Source: Chrysomallon squamiferum
Taxonomy: Eukaryota; Animalia; Mollusca
Assembly (NCBI GenBank): GCA_012295275.1
Contig: CM022665.1
Span: 10,106,001 to 10,170,000 of the forward strand
Length of the DNA stretch: 64,000 nt
Reading direction: 5' to 3'
Positions 25,360-38,125 of this stretch are shown piece by piece; position 1 is the stretch's first letter, and each line of letters starts with the position of its first letter. The notes beneath the pieces were generated by a model. The model searched no databases and was not told the origin of the DNA. It saw nothing but the letters and a program-made list of their open reading frames with translations. The position numbers and the translations under genes were made by a program.

Positions 25360-28300
25360 TCATGTGTCGGAGAAGTCATCAAAAGAAGATTCTTTGTTTA
25401 ACTGTTCAAACAGATACCTGAAATAAAATGTAATATTATTTGATAATTTAAACCTTTACACAATAAACCAGTTATTTCTTTTATCCTGCGTTCTTAAATT
25501 TTTGAAAAAACATAAATACATTTTTTTATTTTATTTTTCTAAACTCAATGCTCTTGACAGCAGTGGATTCATGACTACTGATGTTGTCACTATACCCCAA
25601 AACAAAACATAAAATATAAAATATAAAAAAAATTAAATTGTTATTTTTAAAATGAAAACTGTTTTCAAAATGGTCTTTTAAGATCTAAACCAGGAATTAA
25701 ACACTAAAGAAGTCACTTTGAATAATATATATGGCACTTTATTGAAGTAAATACAGTTCTATCCCAAAAAGCTGTATCATAGGAATATATCTGGTAATCA
25801 CATCTTGCCACCATTTATAGTGACTGGAGGATAAATGTGTATGTATGTATGTGTATCTTTCTCTGTCTATATCTCTGTATCTTTTTTTCTTTCTTTCTCA
25901 CTCTTGGACTTTCTCAATAACTCTTATATCCTCTTCCTCTCACACATCTAATTTCTTTCTCTGTGATTTAAAAAAAAAAATTAGTTATTATTTTCTTTTC
26001 TTCCTAAAATTCTAGAACACTTTTATTCCTCTCTTTTCTTCATATCAGTGAGGCTTAACCACTACCTCCACTTTGCAGGCAGAGTAAAGATAATAAATAA
26101 AATAAAATAAAATTAAATTAAATTAAAATAGAGCCAGATAAATAAAATGAAAGAATGAAGTTGTACTATTTCATGTTAAATACATACCCAGTATCCACTT
26201 TACCAAATAATTTCAGTTTAGACAAAAGAATATCTATTTGGTCATCTGTTATGTCAATACCACTTTCCTGAAAGACAAAGTGATTGTTAGCAGAATCCCG
26301 TCTGCCATAAATGTGAACAATAGTTCCGTGTTTAGTCATTTTTCTAATCATAATGTGTTTTTTTGTGTGACTATTGCAATCATTTGTGGGAGTACGAGTG
26401 TCAGTGGATGAAACAAAAGACAGAAGGAGGAAGACAAGAGAGAAAGAGACTGACAGTCAGAAAATGAGAGAGAAACAAAAATGAAGCAGAAACAGAGTGA
26501 GAGAAAAAAGAAAATGAAAGAGGCAGATTCACAGAGAAAGGTTTCAGGAGATCAAAAAAACAAACGAGAGAGAGAATGAACATGAGGGAGAAACAGAAAA
26601 ATTATAAGAAAACTCATACATACCTTCATCATAGTTCTAAACTCTTGTTTTGTCACACACTTTGAATTCCATTGTGAGAACATATCATCGACTGTGTGTC
26701 CTGCTTCGTCAATGTATTTTTTCAACTGACCTATAGGATTCTGTCGAAACAAAACCATTTCTTCAAATGATTTCCGTTGTTTTGGAGGACCAATAACCAC
26801 GCCCTCCGATATCACTTTAATACCACGCGTGTCCTGCAGTTTCTTTTGAAGTTTTATAAAATTTTCCTTCACAATAACATTCTGAAATAAAGATCCAGTA
26901 ATGTAATATTTGGTATAAAATTGATTTTCTTTATTATTTAGAGGCCATAATAAAACTGTTATTTATTACACTAGAGAGGCTGAAATAAATTTTTCATTTT
27001 AAAAATAATAAAAACAAATTTATATAACTCCCAAGAAGGATATTTATAAATGATAATATAGTTAAAAAAATGGCCATCATTATATAATTAATACTAAATA
27101 TTAATTACAAAAAGCAAATATCAGAATTCTGTTGATATGATTACTCCTTAAGTGTACTGTATATATAAATTACTGTATTGCAATGACTATGTAATATTTT
27201 AAGTGCTTAAATGCAATTTCAGTTTCAGCAGTAACCAAATGCTTGGTATCATAATGTGGATTTAATCATTAATTTGTTAAAAGATTTTAACAGAATATAA
27301 TGTAAACAGACATGATAACAATGTTGATGAGGATAATAATAAGAAGAATTTTAAGGTTTAATTTTAAATTTTTCAAGTGTAAAATTAGTAAGAATATCAG
27401 TGTATATGTAATATTTACCGAGATATCTATACAAGTCATGTCACTGCTCTCATTTTTGTCCAAGGCTTCAAGCAATTTCATAGCAGCATTAGCATCAAGT
27501 GGATTGAACCCAATCTAGATAAAGTAATATATGTATAGTAATAATAATTTTAAAAATAAGAACAGCAACACAACAATAAGAAGAAGATTAAGAAGAAGAA
27601 GAACAACAATAATAATAAGTAATAAAAATAATAATAACAACAACAGTAGTAACAGTAATACTAACAACAAAAATAATAAATGTATTAATAATAATAGTAA
27701 CAGCAATGACAAAAATAACAACAACAACAATAATAATATATATGAATTTTATCTAGGGAAAACAATGAATATAGGTATATGTACAGTATTTTATTTTCAG
27801 TCTTTCTAACCAGTAATACAGGTGATTCTCACCTTCACAGGTTAAAAAAAAAAAAAAAATTCTTCCATAACATTTTTATTATCTAAAATAATAATCATGG
27901 CAGTGCAGTATGCATCATGAGTTATGACTTGCATGTTATAAGTTCAAATCTGTGTCACTGCATGTTTTTCAGTGCAGGTCTTTGCAATATTCATAAATAA
28001 TACAAAATACTAAATACAAATCACAAGAGCAAAAAAAAAAAATTAAGTAATAAAATAATAATTAAAAGAAAATTAAAATTAAAAATACAATAATAAGATA
28101 ATAATTTTTTTTTTTTAAAGTAAAAAATTTAAAAAATAATAATAAAATAATAATAAAAAAATATAAAAAAATACCAATATTTAAATAACGTGAACATCAA
28201 CACATCATTTTCTGCTAAAGTGGAACGAATGTATATATCTCATAAATAAATGAACAGAGGATGGAATTACCTTGAGAACTTGCAGAACATCATTTTCTGC

Positions 28301-29295
28301 TAAACCAGAACTGATGTATGGTTCTCCTTCCACCGGTATTCTACAGAAACTTATATCAAGTTCTTGCAGAGTTCTGTTTATTTTTATTGCTTTTCCAACA
28401 GCAATAGCACCAGCCAATCCTACACCAGCCATGGCCATACTGAAATTTTTCATTCGGACATTTTCCTGTAAATAAAAAGGATATATCTGAAAATATATTG
28501 CTGTAAAAAAACCAAAAAGATTGCAAAAAGATTACAAACACATACATCAGGGTTTGATATGGAAATTTTTACAGAGAGATCAGACAACTCCAATCAAATG
28601 GCAAACACACACACACACACACATGGAGAAAAAACCCACATACATATTAATAATAAAGTCAATAATTCAATAATAATAATGATAATCATGGTTATGATGA
28701 TAATAACAACAACAATAATAAAATTAACATTGATAATATTAAAATTAGTAAAATAATAATATAAATAACAATAATAAAGTAATAATAATGTATGTCTATT
28801 TTCCTACTTTCACAACAACAATACAAACAACATCAGTATCAACACCGGCACCAATAGTGGTAATAATGATGATGATGAGGATAATAATAATAACAACATT
28901 ACAGCAACAACAGCAACAGCAACAAAAACAGTAAAAATGATGATGATAATAATCACAACAACACTTACTACTACTACTACAATTAATAATAATAATAATA
29001 ATAACAATAACAATAGTGACAAAATAAAATAACAACTCCAGAAATACCACCAATAGTGGTAATAATGATGATGATGAGGATAATAATAATAACAACATTA
29101 CAGCAACAACAGCAACAGCAACAAAAACAGTAAAAATGATGATGATAATAATCACAACAACACTTACTACTACTACTACAATTAATAATAATAATAACAA
29201 TAACAATAGTGACAAAATAAAATAACAACTCCAGAAATAATAATAATAATAATAACAATAACAATAGTGATAAAATAAAATAACAACTCCAGAAA

Positions 29296-29333
<38 letters not shown>

Positions 29334-32254
29334 GTCGTAGTATTTAAAAACTGATAACAAACCTGTAAGCCCTCAGCCAAGTAAATGGCTCCTTTAGTGT
29401 TTATGTGGTTCCAACTCAGATCTAGTGTTTCCAGAGATTCATTTTCAATGATGGCATCTCTGAAGTGTTTAACACCACATTCTTCAAATTTGTTGTGAGC
29501 GAGGCCTAGATGTTTCAGTGTTGTGTTTGTCTGAAATTAAAGATTTGTAAAGACATATTAAGACATTCTTAATCTTATACAAGGTTATTAAACACCTAGA
29601 AAAACAGTAGTAATGATTTTGTGAAAATAAAAGTGGATTGATTCATTTTTATCAAGTTATTATATAAATATTACAATATATATATCAAATTAAAAATTAA
29701 AAAAAGATAGGATATTAATGCATATGAAAGTGTACTTAAAAGAAGTATGTGAAATAGGTTATATAATTTCAAGTTATTATGTTTAATTTTTCTTTGACAC
29801 TAATGTTTACTAATAATAAAATATGACAATAAAATAACACACTTCTGAAGTTGCTCAGTTTGATATAACAAATAAATAAATGAATTAAAAATATATATAT
29901 TATAATAATAAAATAAAAATAATCTTAGCAAATCATTAAAAAATGCTGTCATATCAGATCTCACATAATAGAATTTTTTTGTTTTAATGTAAGAAATTAC
30001 AAAGGATTAAATATTAGCTTAGATGCGTCTTTTAAATGTCAGCTACATAGGTAATTACATACCAATAAAACTTTACAAATCATTTCTGCTGCAGAATCAT
30101 CTATTCCATTCCCTGTAAGTTACAGACGATAACATTTCTATTAGTGATATTTTAAAAACATATTCTTATACTAACACTTCTTTTAAAAATTAATTCATGA
30201 AAATTTATTTTATAGACACATTAAATCTTTCTGTAGCAGTTATTAGACATCAAATTTTATTTTATATTTTATTATTATAATTTTTTTAAACTAATGGGTG
30301 AGAAATAAAAGTCCCTACTTTTGACCCGTAAACTACTTAAACAAGAAATAGATGTTTTATATGTTTGTTTCTATACATTATGGCCCTTGAGTGACCACTG
30401 TCGAGAGCTGGCCAGAAAAGGAAACAACCCACTGAGGAAACTGATACTAAAAGAGATCCTAATGTTACATCCACTATGATAATGATGCTCCAGCTTTTTA
30501 AATCATGAATTCAGTCTTGTATTTAACATTTAAGAAAACAAATTAATAATAATAATAATTTGGGGGGGTTAAAGTGATTGAAATTGTTGACTGACCTACA
30601 AAGAGTGGTACTTTTCATCTTTTGTTAACAAAATCTTTTTTAAAATTTTAACTTACCTCTTAAATCAACTTTATGTAGATTGCGATTGGATATAAGAAGA
30701 TCGCAAACTGCAATAGCACCAACTGAACCCAGGTTGTTTTCAGACAAAATCTAAAATTAAAAGATTATATCGCATTATGATGAAAATATTTAGATTTAAA
30801 AAAATAATAATTTTACAGTTAAGTTTTGTAAAGTAACTACAGCAGTATGGTGCAATAAATGAATGAATGACCCATATTTTATTTATAATGATTATAATAA
30901 ATATTAAAAACGTATTTTATATACAGTAATAATGAAAAGCTGAGTAATTTTCGTGATTAATGGCAAAGAATCTTATTTTGATATTAATACACTACTTGTG
31001 GAGCACTCCTTGAAGTTGGAATGAGAAGTAATAAAATGGAGGTCTGGTCCTGCAATCCATCATTTACATTTATCAAAAACCTCTTTACACATTATTATAT
31101 AAAGCAAACTGCTACTGGTAATGATAATATAGATTATAATACTGTATAATGAGGAAATCATTATAAGCCTCTCCCCTCCAACTCCAAAGAAGATTATTAT
31201 AAAATGTCTCTCCTCATTAAGGTACTGCGATACATGTTACATATATACTATACAGTCTGTAGCAGACTGCAGTTTACTCACAAGATCTGTTATATAAAGA
31301 TTTTCCTTGAGTATTTTTGACAGAAACACACCACCAGCAGCACTGATCCCATTACCTTCAAGATTCAGTTTTTCTATCACTGTATTAGTCTGAAGGAAAA
31401 ATCAATATAAGAATGAGAAAATGAATTAAAAAATGAATGAATAACTCTTTAAATGCTTTTAATTTAAGGATTATTAAGTGTCAGAAAGGTGGGGTTTTGG
31501 GTGTTTTTTTTCATATTCGGATTATCTTTTATATCAACATTCCCAAACTGGCATACCAAGTATGACTGTTCTTGACCTGATCTCCTGTCTAGCTGTATAA
31601 CATATTGTATAATAATATTACTTACATGTGTAAAATCTGATTAGTAAAGATTGGAATTTAGTGCTATGTAAACCAATAATATGAAAGCATACAAAATATA
31701 TTTTGTTTATTTGTACCCATCACAGACATCCAATAAATTAAATTCACTGATTTAAAAAAATTTGTGCCTTGAAATTCAGCAACCAGTTATTTCCTTGAAT
31801 TATATTCTGTGATAACCAATTATTTTAACTCTAACAATCTGTATATTGCAAAGTAACTGATTGATTTCTGTTGTTCATTTACAACCTACCTCCAGTGGTA
31901 CTGAGAGAGCTTTGGTTCCTTCAAGTCCAAGACCATGAAACTTCATAGTTAGTTCTGTGTCTTGGATATGTTTGAGGTAGTAAGAGATGGGATTGATTCC
32001 CAGATCACTGCAAGCTTTCAGGTATCCTGTTTTACCTGAAGTGTCATGATAACATCGATCGGGGTTTAACCATACTGTGGATAACAAAAAGAAATATTAA
32101 TAATACATAACATTTTGAAATATTTATTATTTATTGTTTTGTCATTTAATTATTATTTTTTAATTATTATTTATTATCATTTTATGATTATTATTATTAT
32201 TATTTTTTTTTTTTTTTGATTACATATACAGTTTTTTCTTTGATTATCTTATTT

Positions 32255-32285
<31 letters not shown>

Positions 32286-33246
32286 CTTTTTTTTCTGCAA
32301 ATTAAAATCAGAAGAAAAAAAGAGAAAAATAATGCTTTATAAATTTTATTAAAATTGTTCAAGGAAAGAAATAATGTATTCCTAAATAAATGTCTTTTGG
32401 ATTTTGTTTTATCTTTTTTATATTTACATTTACAAACATAAACAAAATCATAAAAACTGTTTTATTGCCGTGTAGCTGATAAATGTAATATTAAAAATAA
32501 CATGGATATAACTCTAGAGGGAAGGCTATGATAAATGTCTTAAATGCAAACATAGGAAGTCATAAATATTTTTTTTAATTTTTTTATTTTTTTTTTTATT
32601 ATCATTATTATTATTATTATTATTATTTATGAGCGTGAGTGTGTGCGCTTTGAATTTGAACATTATTTTTTATTAGTATTATTTAAAAAAAAAAAAAAAA
32701 AATAAAAAAATTGGGCAGCGACTTTTTTGTTTATCAAACGTCATTACCGTTATACTTTTAAAATATATATTACAAAACATTTCACTAACATTCCTCATCA
32801 AATTCAAGATCTGTTTCGTAGTCCTCGTCATCAGACGACACTACGGGCGTTATAGGAGTCCTTCTGTTTCTCCTAAAGGAGCGGTTATCAATCTGTAAAA
32901 TGGCGCTGTCGACACTTTCGGTATCCACCTGAACTCCTTTTTGTATGTGATTTTCAAAACTCGACTCGGGTAATTGCGTTATTAATGTTTCGTTAGCATG
33001 CTGTTCGGTTTCTGTCCAAGATGGCGACAGTCGTCTGTCTGTCGTGAAGCGAGCTGTCTGTAGTAGTTCGTTTTCGGGTGTTCCTGCATAATTTGCTAAG
33101 GCTTCTTCTGTAATTGAGTGTTCTTGACCTTGCTGTTTGAAAACTAACTTCTTAAGATTTGGTCTCAGAGGATGAGAAGAAACGGAAGTCACTCGGTTGG
33201 ATTCCTTGTCCGAAAATCGGACTGTCTGTATGGCGACGTCAGTCAT
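25360..33246 (-). CDS. LRRC74: Leucine-rich repeat protein, LRRC74A/B-like (RI-type LRRs, C-terminal degenerate EF-hand pair), 11 coding exons, 582 aa
   Basis: Exons (-) 33246-32790, 32074-31890, 31389-31282, 30750-30657, 30112-30063, 29530-29363, 28465-28271, 27514-27419, 26881-26624, 26267-26188, 25417-25360. GT-AG introns, consistent phases, 1749 nt. Motifs DYETDLE, YLKACSDLGINPISYYL, FHGLGLEGTKALSVPLE, IEKLNLEGNGI, LETLDLSWNHI and LQELDISFCRI match the LRRC74 family as I recall it. A versus B orthology is unresolved. Confidence 0.85.
28849..29335. repeat. 199-bp tandem duplication built from mixed trinucleotide microsatellites
   Basis: CCAATAGTGGTAATAATGATGATGATGAGG at 28851 and 29050, with a partial third copy. 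Confidence 0.85.
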
Positions 33247-33705
33247 TTTTGTTTGGTTCTTTAAAATTAGAAGAAAGATTAAAAAATAATTTCAGTAGGC
33301 AAAATACTTACATGTAGGTCTAGAGTATCGTAAAAAACCATCGCTGATTGAGAACGTACAGAAATAGGAAACAATATAATGGCGGTATGGAGTGAGTTAC
33401 AAGAAAACGAATTACAAATGTATAAAATCTGTTTTCAAATTTGGTACTAGACCGCAGTTGTCGACGATTTTCAGCAATTTTTTTCATAACTTTGAATAGT
33501 CTAAATTATTCAGTGCTTTATCCCTTGACAATCAGTTGCCTCGTAAGTGATTTATCAAAGGTCTGTGTATGCGTATTCCTATTTGTTTAAAAGTGCAAAA
33601 CAAGAGAATCCGATCTGCTGATCAACACGTACAACGTGATGGCTGTCATATTCATATTCTAAAAACTGATACAGAAAATTCTCTCTCTCTTCATAATTAA
33701 TATTA

Positions 33706-33759
<54 letters not shown>

Positions 33760-34293
33760 AATAAAACAAAAAACATACGATTATATTATTTTAATAAAAT
33801 TTCAAAACTAACATTTCGTAAATGAATGCATCTACTTACCCGAGTCCACTCACGAAAACTGACTTTTGGTGCAGTTTTCGAATACGCTATTTAGTCGAGA
33901 AGACAGAAAATTGTGATTTTTATAATCTTATTTGCAACGCAACTTTTACTAGCCAATTTCATCTGATTTTATGGAGCACTTTATTATTCAAAACTAAAAT
34001 ACAACGTAATTTAATTAGGACATTAAAATATATATTCTTGACAGTAAATATTTGCTTTCTTCTTTTAATGTTTTCAACATGACCGACTTTGTATGTGTAA
34101 GATATACAAGTTAAAACACTTAGCAGTAGGCAGTTCTGTGATAAATGTCTAAGATAAACAGGAAAGAGTAAATACACGAACTTTCAATAAAATCTGAAAG
34201 GGGTAGAGTAAATATATAAAACTTTTGCTTTTTCAAGACTTACTGTTAAATATGAGAGATTACGCTAACAGTTTATTAACAGATAGTCAACGT

Positions 34294-34364
<71 letters not shown>

Positions 34365-35564
34365 ACCCATTGCATCTTAAAAATTATTTAATGGGTATCC
34401 ACACTATTTTCAAAAATTCTGAATAAATAAAACAAATTTCAAACGAAACATTTAGAATTAACAGCTGTTCTCCGACGTATCGGTTTAAAATTATTATTAT
34501 TATTTTTTTTTAATGATGTTGTGAGGAAGAGAACAGAGACACTCCATATAAGTACTTATAGATTATAAAAAATAAAAAATAAATAAAATAAAAAATATAT
34601 AATAAATTAAATTCTTCTTTTCGTATGAAGGAAAACAAATATCTTGATATTTGAAAAACCGTTAATCGGGTAATGTTTGGACAGGAATGACGGTCAGTTT
34701 TGTCAAAATATCAAAACTGAAAGTTTTGCCTAATGCCCTGTGCAAATGTTTATAACATATACGCAGTCAATCAATAAACTGTTAAAACTTTTTGTGTATT
34801 TTTAAAAAAATATTTAAAATAATAATAATAAATTACTTAGAAGTTATAATAATTATCTTTTGTAACAAATGTATGTTTTTATAAATTTACACCAATGTTT
34901 GTAAGTCGTCGTATATAACAACTTTTTCTTCTTCTTCTTCTTTTTTTTTTTTAAATACAATAATATTTTTTTTTTTTTTTTTTTTCTAATCGTGCAGATC
35001 CTAGATATTAGCCACGTCCTATTGCTAAATATTATAAGCCTTGTTGTTTTAGCAGAGAAGTAATCAGTAATGTAATGGAGTGGGGTGGGGAGAATCATTG
35101 CTATATATCTACAAAACAGTCAACTTCAAAGTGTACACGTTATTTATTTTTGCTATTGTTTAACGTTAAAGGAATAATTTCTCATTACCTGTGTTAGCCA
35201 AAGCTCGCAGTAGTTACGCGTCACATCCTAGTAAACTACTCGGTGGCTGCAGTCCACTGTACTAAGTAACTTGGACATGTACTTTTTACGTCGACATCGA
35301 AAATAATCATGTTTTATCCGATACGATTCATTCCAAGTGAATAAGAATAAAAGAAATTACGTTAATCGTGTTTCATTGACCTCACGGCTCTATTGAATCT
35401 GGGTTTGGTAATATGGTGCCCCACTCTGGGTCATTAGGCAGGGAGACTGTAGTTTGACTGATATCGCAGTACTTACACATAGCTTGCCTCTTACGAATGC
35501 AAACTGAGACATATTACTCAACTTTCTATTTTGTCGGGGATTGGTTAGATAATGGTGGACGGTG

Positions 35565-35623
<59 letters not shown>

Positions 35624-36544
35624 AGTACATATGCACAAACGCCCCCACACAGTTTCTGCGTCTCTCACGCAGCCATAATATATATATAGGTTTCTCTCTT
35701 CTTTTTTTTAAAGACAGAAACATATATTTATATATTTTATTTTCGTGAATTATAAACTATTCGGATGTCACACACACACACACACATACAACAACAACCT
35801 ACAAAAGTTATTTCTATGCTCGCGTTAATTTATTTAAAAAACATAATTTAAATAGTCACTTGTCTTCTTAATCATACATCTAAATATCTTTATCTTTAAA
35901 TCAGTTTATCGATAAATAAATAAGAAAACGAAAGAAGTAAAAAGATGAATAAACATTTAATTATAAGTTTACATACACTCGATAATATATATGCTGCATG
36001 CATGCATTTGTGTGTGTGTGTGTGTGTGTGTTAAATAATAACGAAACCAATAATAATAATAATAATAATCATAATCATAAACAGTTAATACAGGTATACG
36101 TATTTACGTTGTCGATCAATCAATCAACAACAAGTATAATAATAATAATAATAATAAACCCTTAATAAAGATATACATACTCACGCTGCCGATCTTTAAG
36201 AAGTCATTCTGAACGTTTTCCTGCCAGTGAGTAATTCCTATTAACGATTAATACTGAAATGGTCGAGTGACCAGCCGTGTCGCTAGCACATTGTATTTAT
36301 GAGCTCATGTTCGGTAACAACAACTAAATTAACTTCTGCGCCGAGGTGTTGAAACAAAAGGTTACTATTTTTTTATTTTATTATTCTTTTTTTTCAGTAA
36401 AAGTAAAATGCATTAGATATGGGCTATCAAGCCATTAAAGTTTAACACTAACACTGAATGAACTCTTGTTTGCAAGTCAGTAATTAATGTTTTACGCCAC
36501 CACTATTTGGGATATATTTTCAAGATATTTTAAAACAGTATTTA

Positions 36545-36930
36545 AAAATCGATATATATCTATTTTTATATTTATTTTCATTTTATTATTATTATTATTA
36601 TTATTAATAAATAAATAAATAAATAATAAAATGAAAATAAATATAAAAATAAAGTAAAAATAAATATAAAGATATACATATATATATGTGAAAAGAATTT
36701 ACATTTATTTATTTTTACTTTCTATTTTTATATTTATTTTCATTTTATTATTATTATTATTAATAATAAATAATAATAATAAAATGAAAATAATATAAAA
36801 ATAGAAAGTAAAAATAAATAAATATAAAGATATATATATGTGAAAAGAATTTTCCTATTTAGTTAATTAAATAATAATAATAATAAAATGAAAATAAATA
36901 TAAAAATAGAAAGTATAAATAAATAAATGT
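36545..36930. repeat. Tandemly repeated AT-rich palindromes
   Basis: TATTTTTATATTTATTTTCATTTTATTATT and its reverse complement AATAATAAAATGAAAATAAATATAAAAATA occur as two hairpin units plus a half unit. Confidence 0.75.
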
Positions 36931-37077
36931 AAATTTTTTTCTTCTTAAATTAACTATTAGCCAAAGCAAAATGTTCAAATTTTAAAATTTTTGCTCCAAA
37001 TGTCCTACATATATTACTTTTTAGTAGTATTTTTTTAGCAGTAAATTTAACTAATAAATTATTGGTTCTTAGCTTTT

Positions 37078-37113
<36 letters not shown>

Positions 37114-38125
37114 TTATTAGGTGCACAGCCTACTGTGTGAAGATTAACACTCCTGCGCCTTAGTGCCTGTTAACCCATTTCCTGTTGCAGCTGATGTCCC
37201 AAACCATTTATTTGGCATCCAGAAAACTGGCTAATTTTGAACAGAATATTGCTATGTACATGTGATTCTGTCACAGTAAGTTATTATTTCAGTTTACTCT
37301 CATTTTCATTTATCAAATCTAAAAGATAGAACACAAACTGCTAGCGAAAGCTTGCCCCCCCCCCCCAATTTTGGTTGAGAATCTTAGGATAAGGATCTTA
37401 CCAATTCAGACAGTATAGATATGATAAAATGATTCAGAATCATACATTACTCCCAGACTCAGTTGTGCAATTTAAACTTGGTTACATAGCTTCTGTTATG
37501 GTCAAAATACATTTTAGTAGCAAGGTGATGAAAAACCTACAAGATGCTAACAAAATCATTCAAAAATATTTAATATGTAATTTTGTTGTGAAATATGGGC
37601 AAGAATGTCAGGAAGCTCATTTTTGAAATGTGAAGCATCAAGTTTTAGAAAGAAAAATCAACAAGCTGAACACTTAGTAATACATTTTAAATTTATTGTA
37701 TATATCTTGCGAGTTGTTTCATACTGTAAAATGTTTTTTTTTGTTGAGAAATTAATAGTTTTATTTATTATTCTCTTTTCTGTTTACAAACAGTATACTT
37801 CTTTATAACTTGTTTAGCCTAATGTTAGGAAAAAAAAAAAAGATTTAAAAGTATAGAGCACTATATAATAAAGTATAAGAAACTATACAACAATAAGTAT
37901 ACTATCAAAACTGGATTGAATACAGAAAAAGATAAAAAGTGAAAAAGAAAAATGACAGTAAGATGAAAAATTATTCTATACAAGATTTCACTCCCTGAAC
38001 CCACAACATTCTCACTCCATTTTTTAGTTTATTATTTTTTTTTGCACAAACGAAGAAAAAATGATCTTCGATTGAATATTAATTTTGTATTTTGTTTTTG
38101 ATTGTCTTAGAGAAGTTTCTGATGC

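Noticed and set aside
25001-25382. Minus-strand ORFs of 120 and 75 aa
   Set aside because: They overlap the LRRC74 stop and 3' UTR in other frames and show no recognisable domain.
28796-29380. Long minus-strand ORFs (194, 125, 70 aa) rich in Y, L, I, C
   Set aside because: Trinucleotide microsatellite translations within an LRRC74 intron.
37170-37200. TTAACCC piggyBac-like terminus
   Set aside because: No matching opposite terminus was found.
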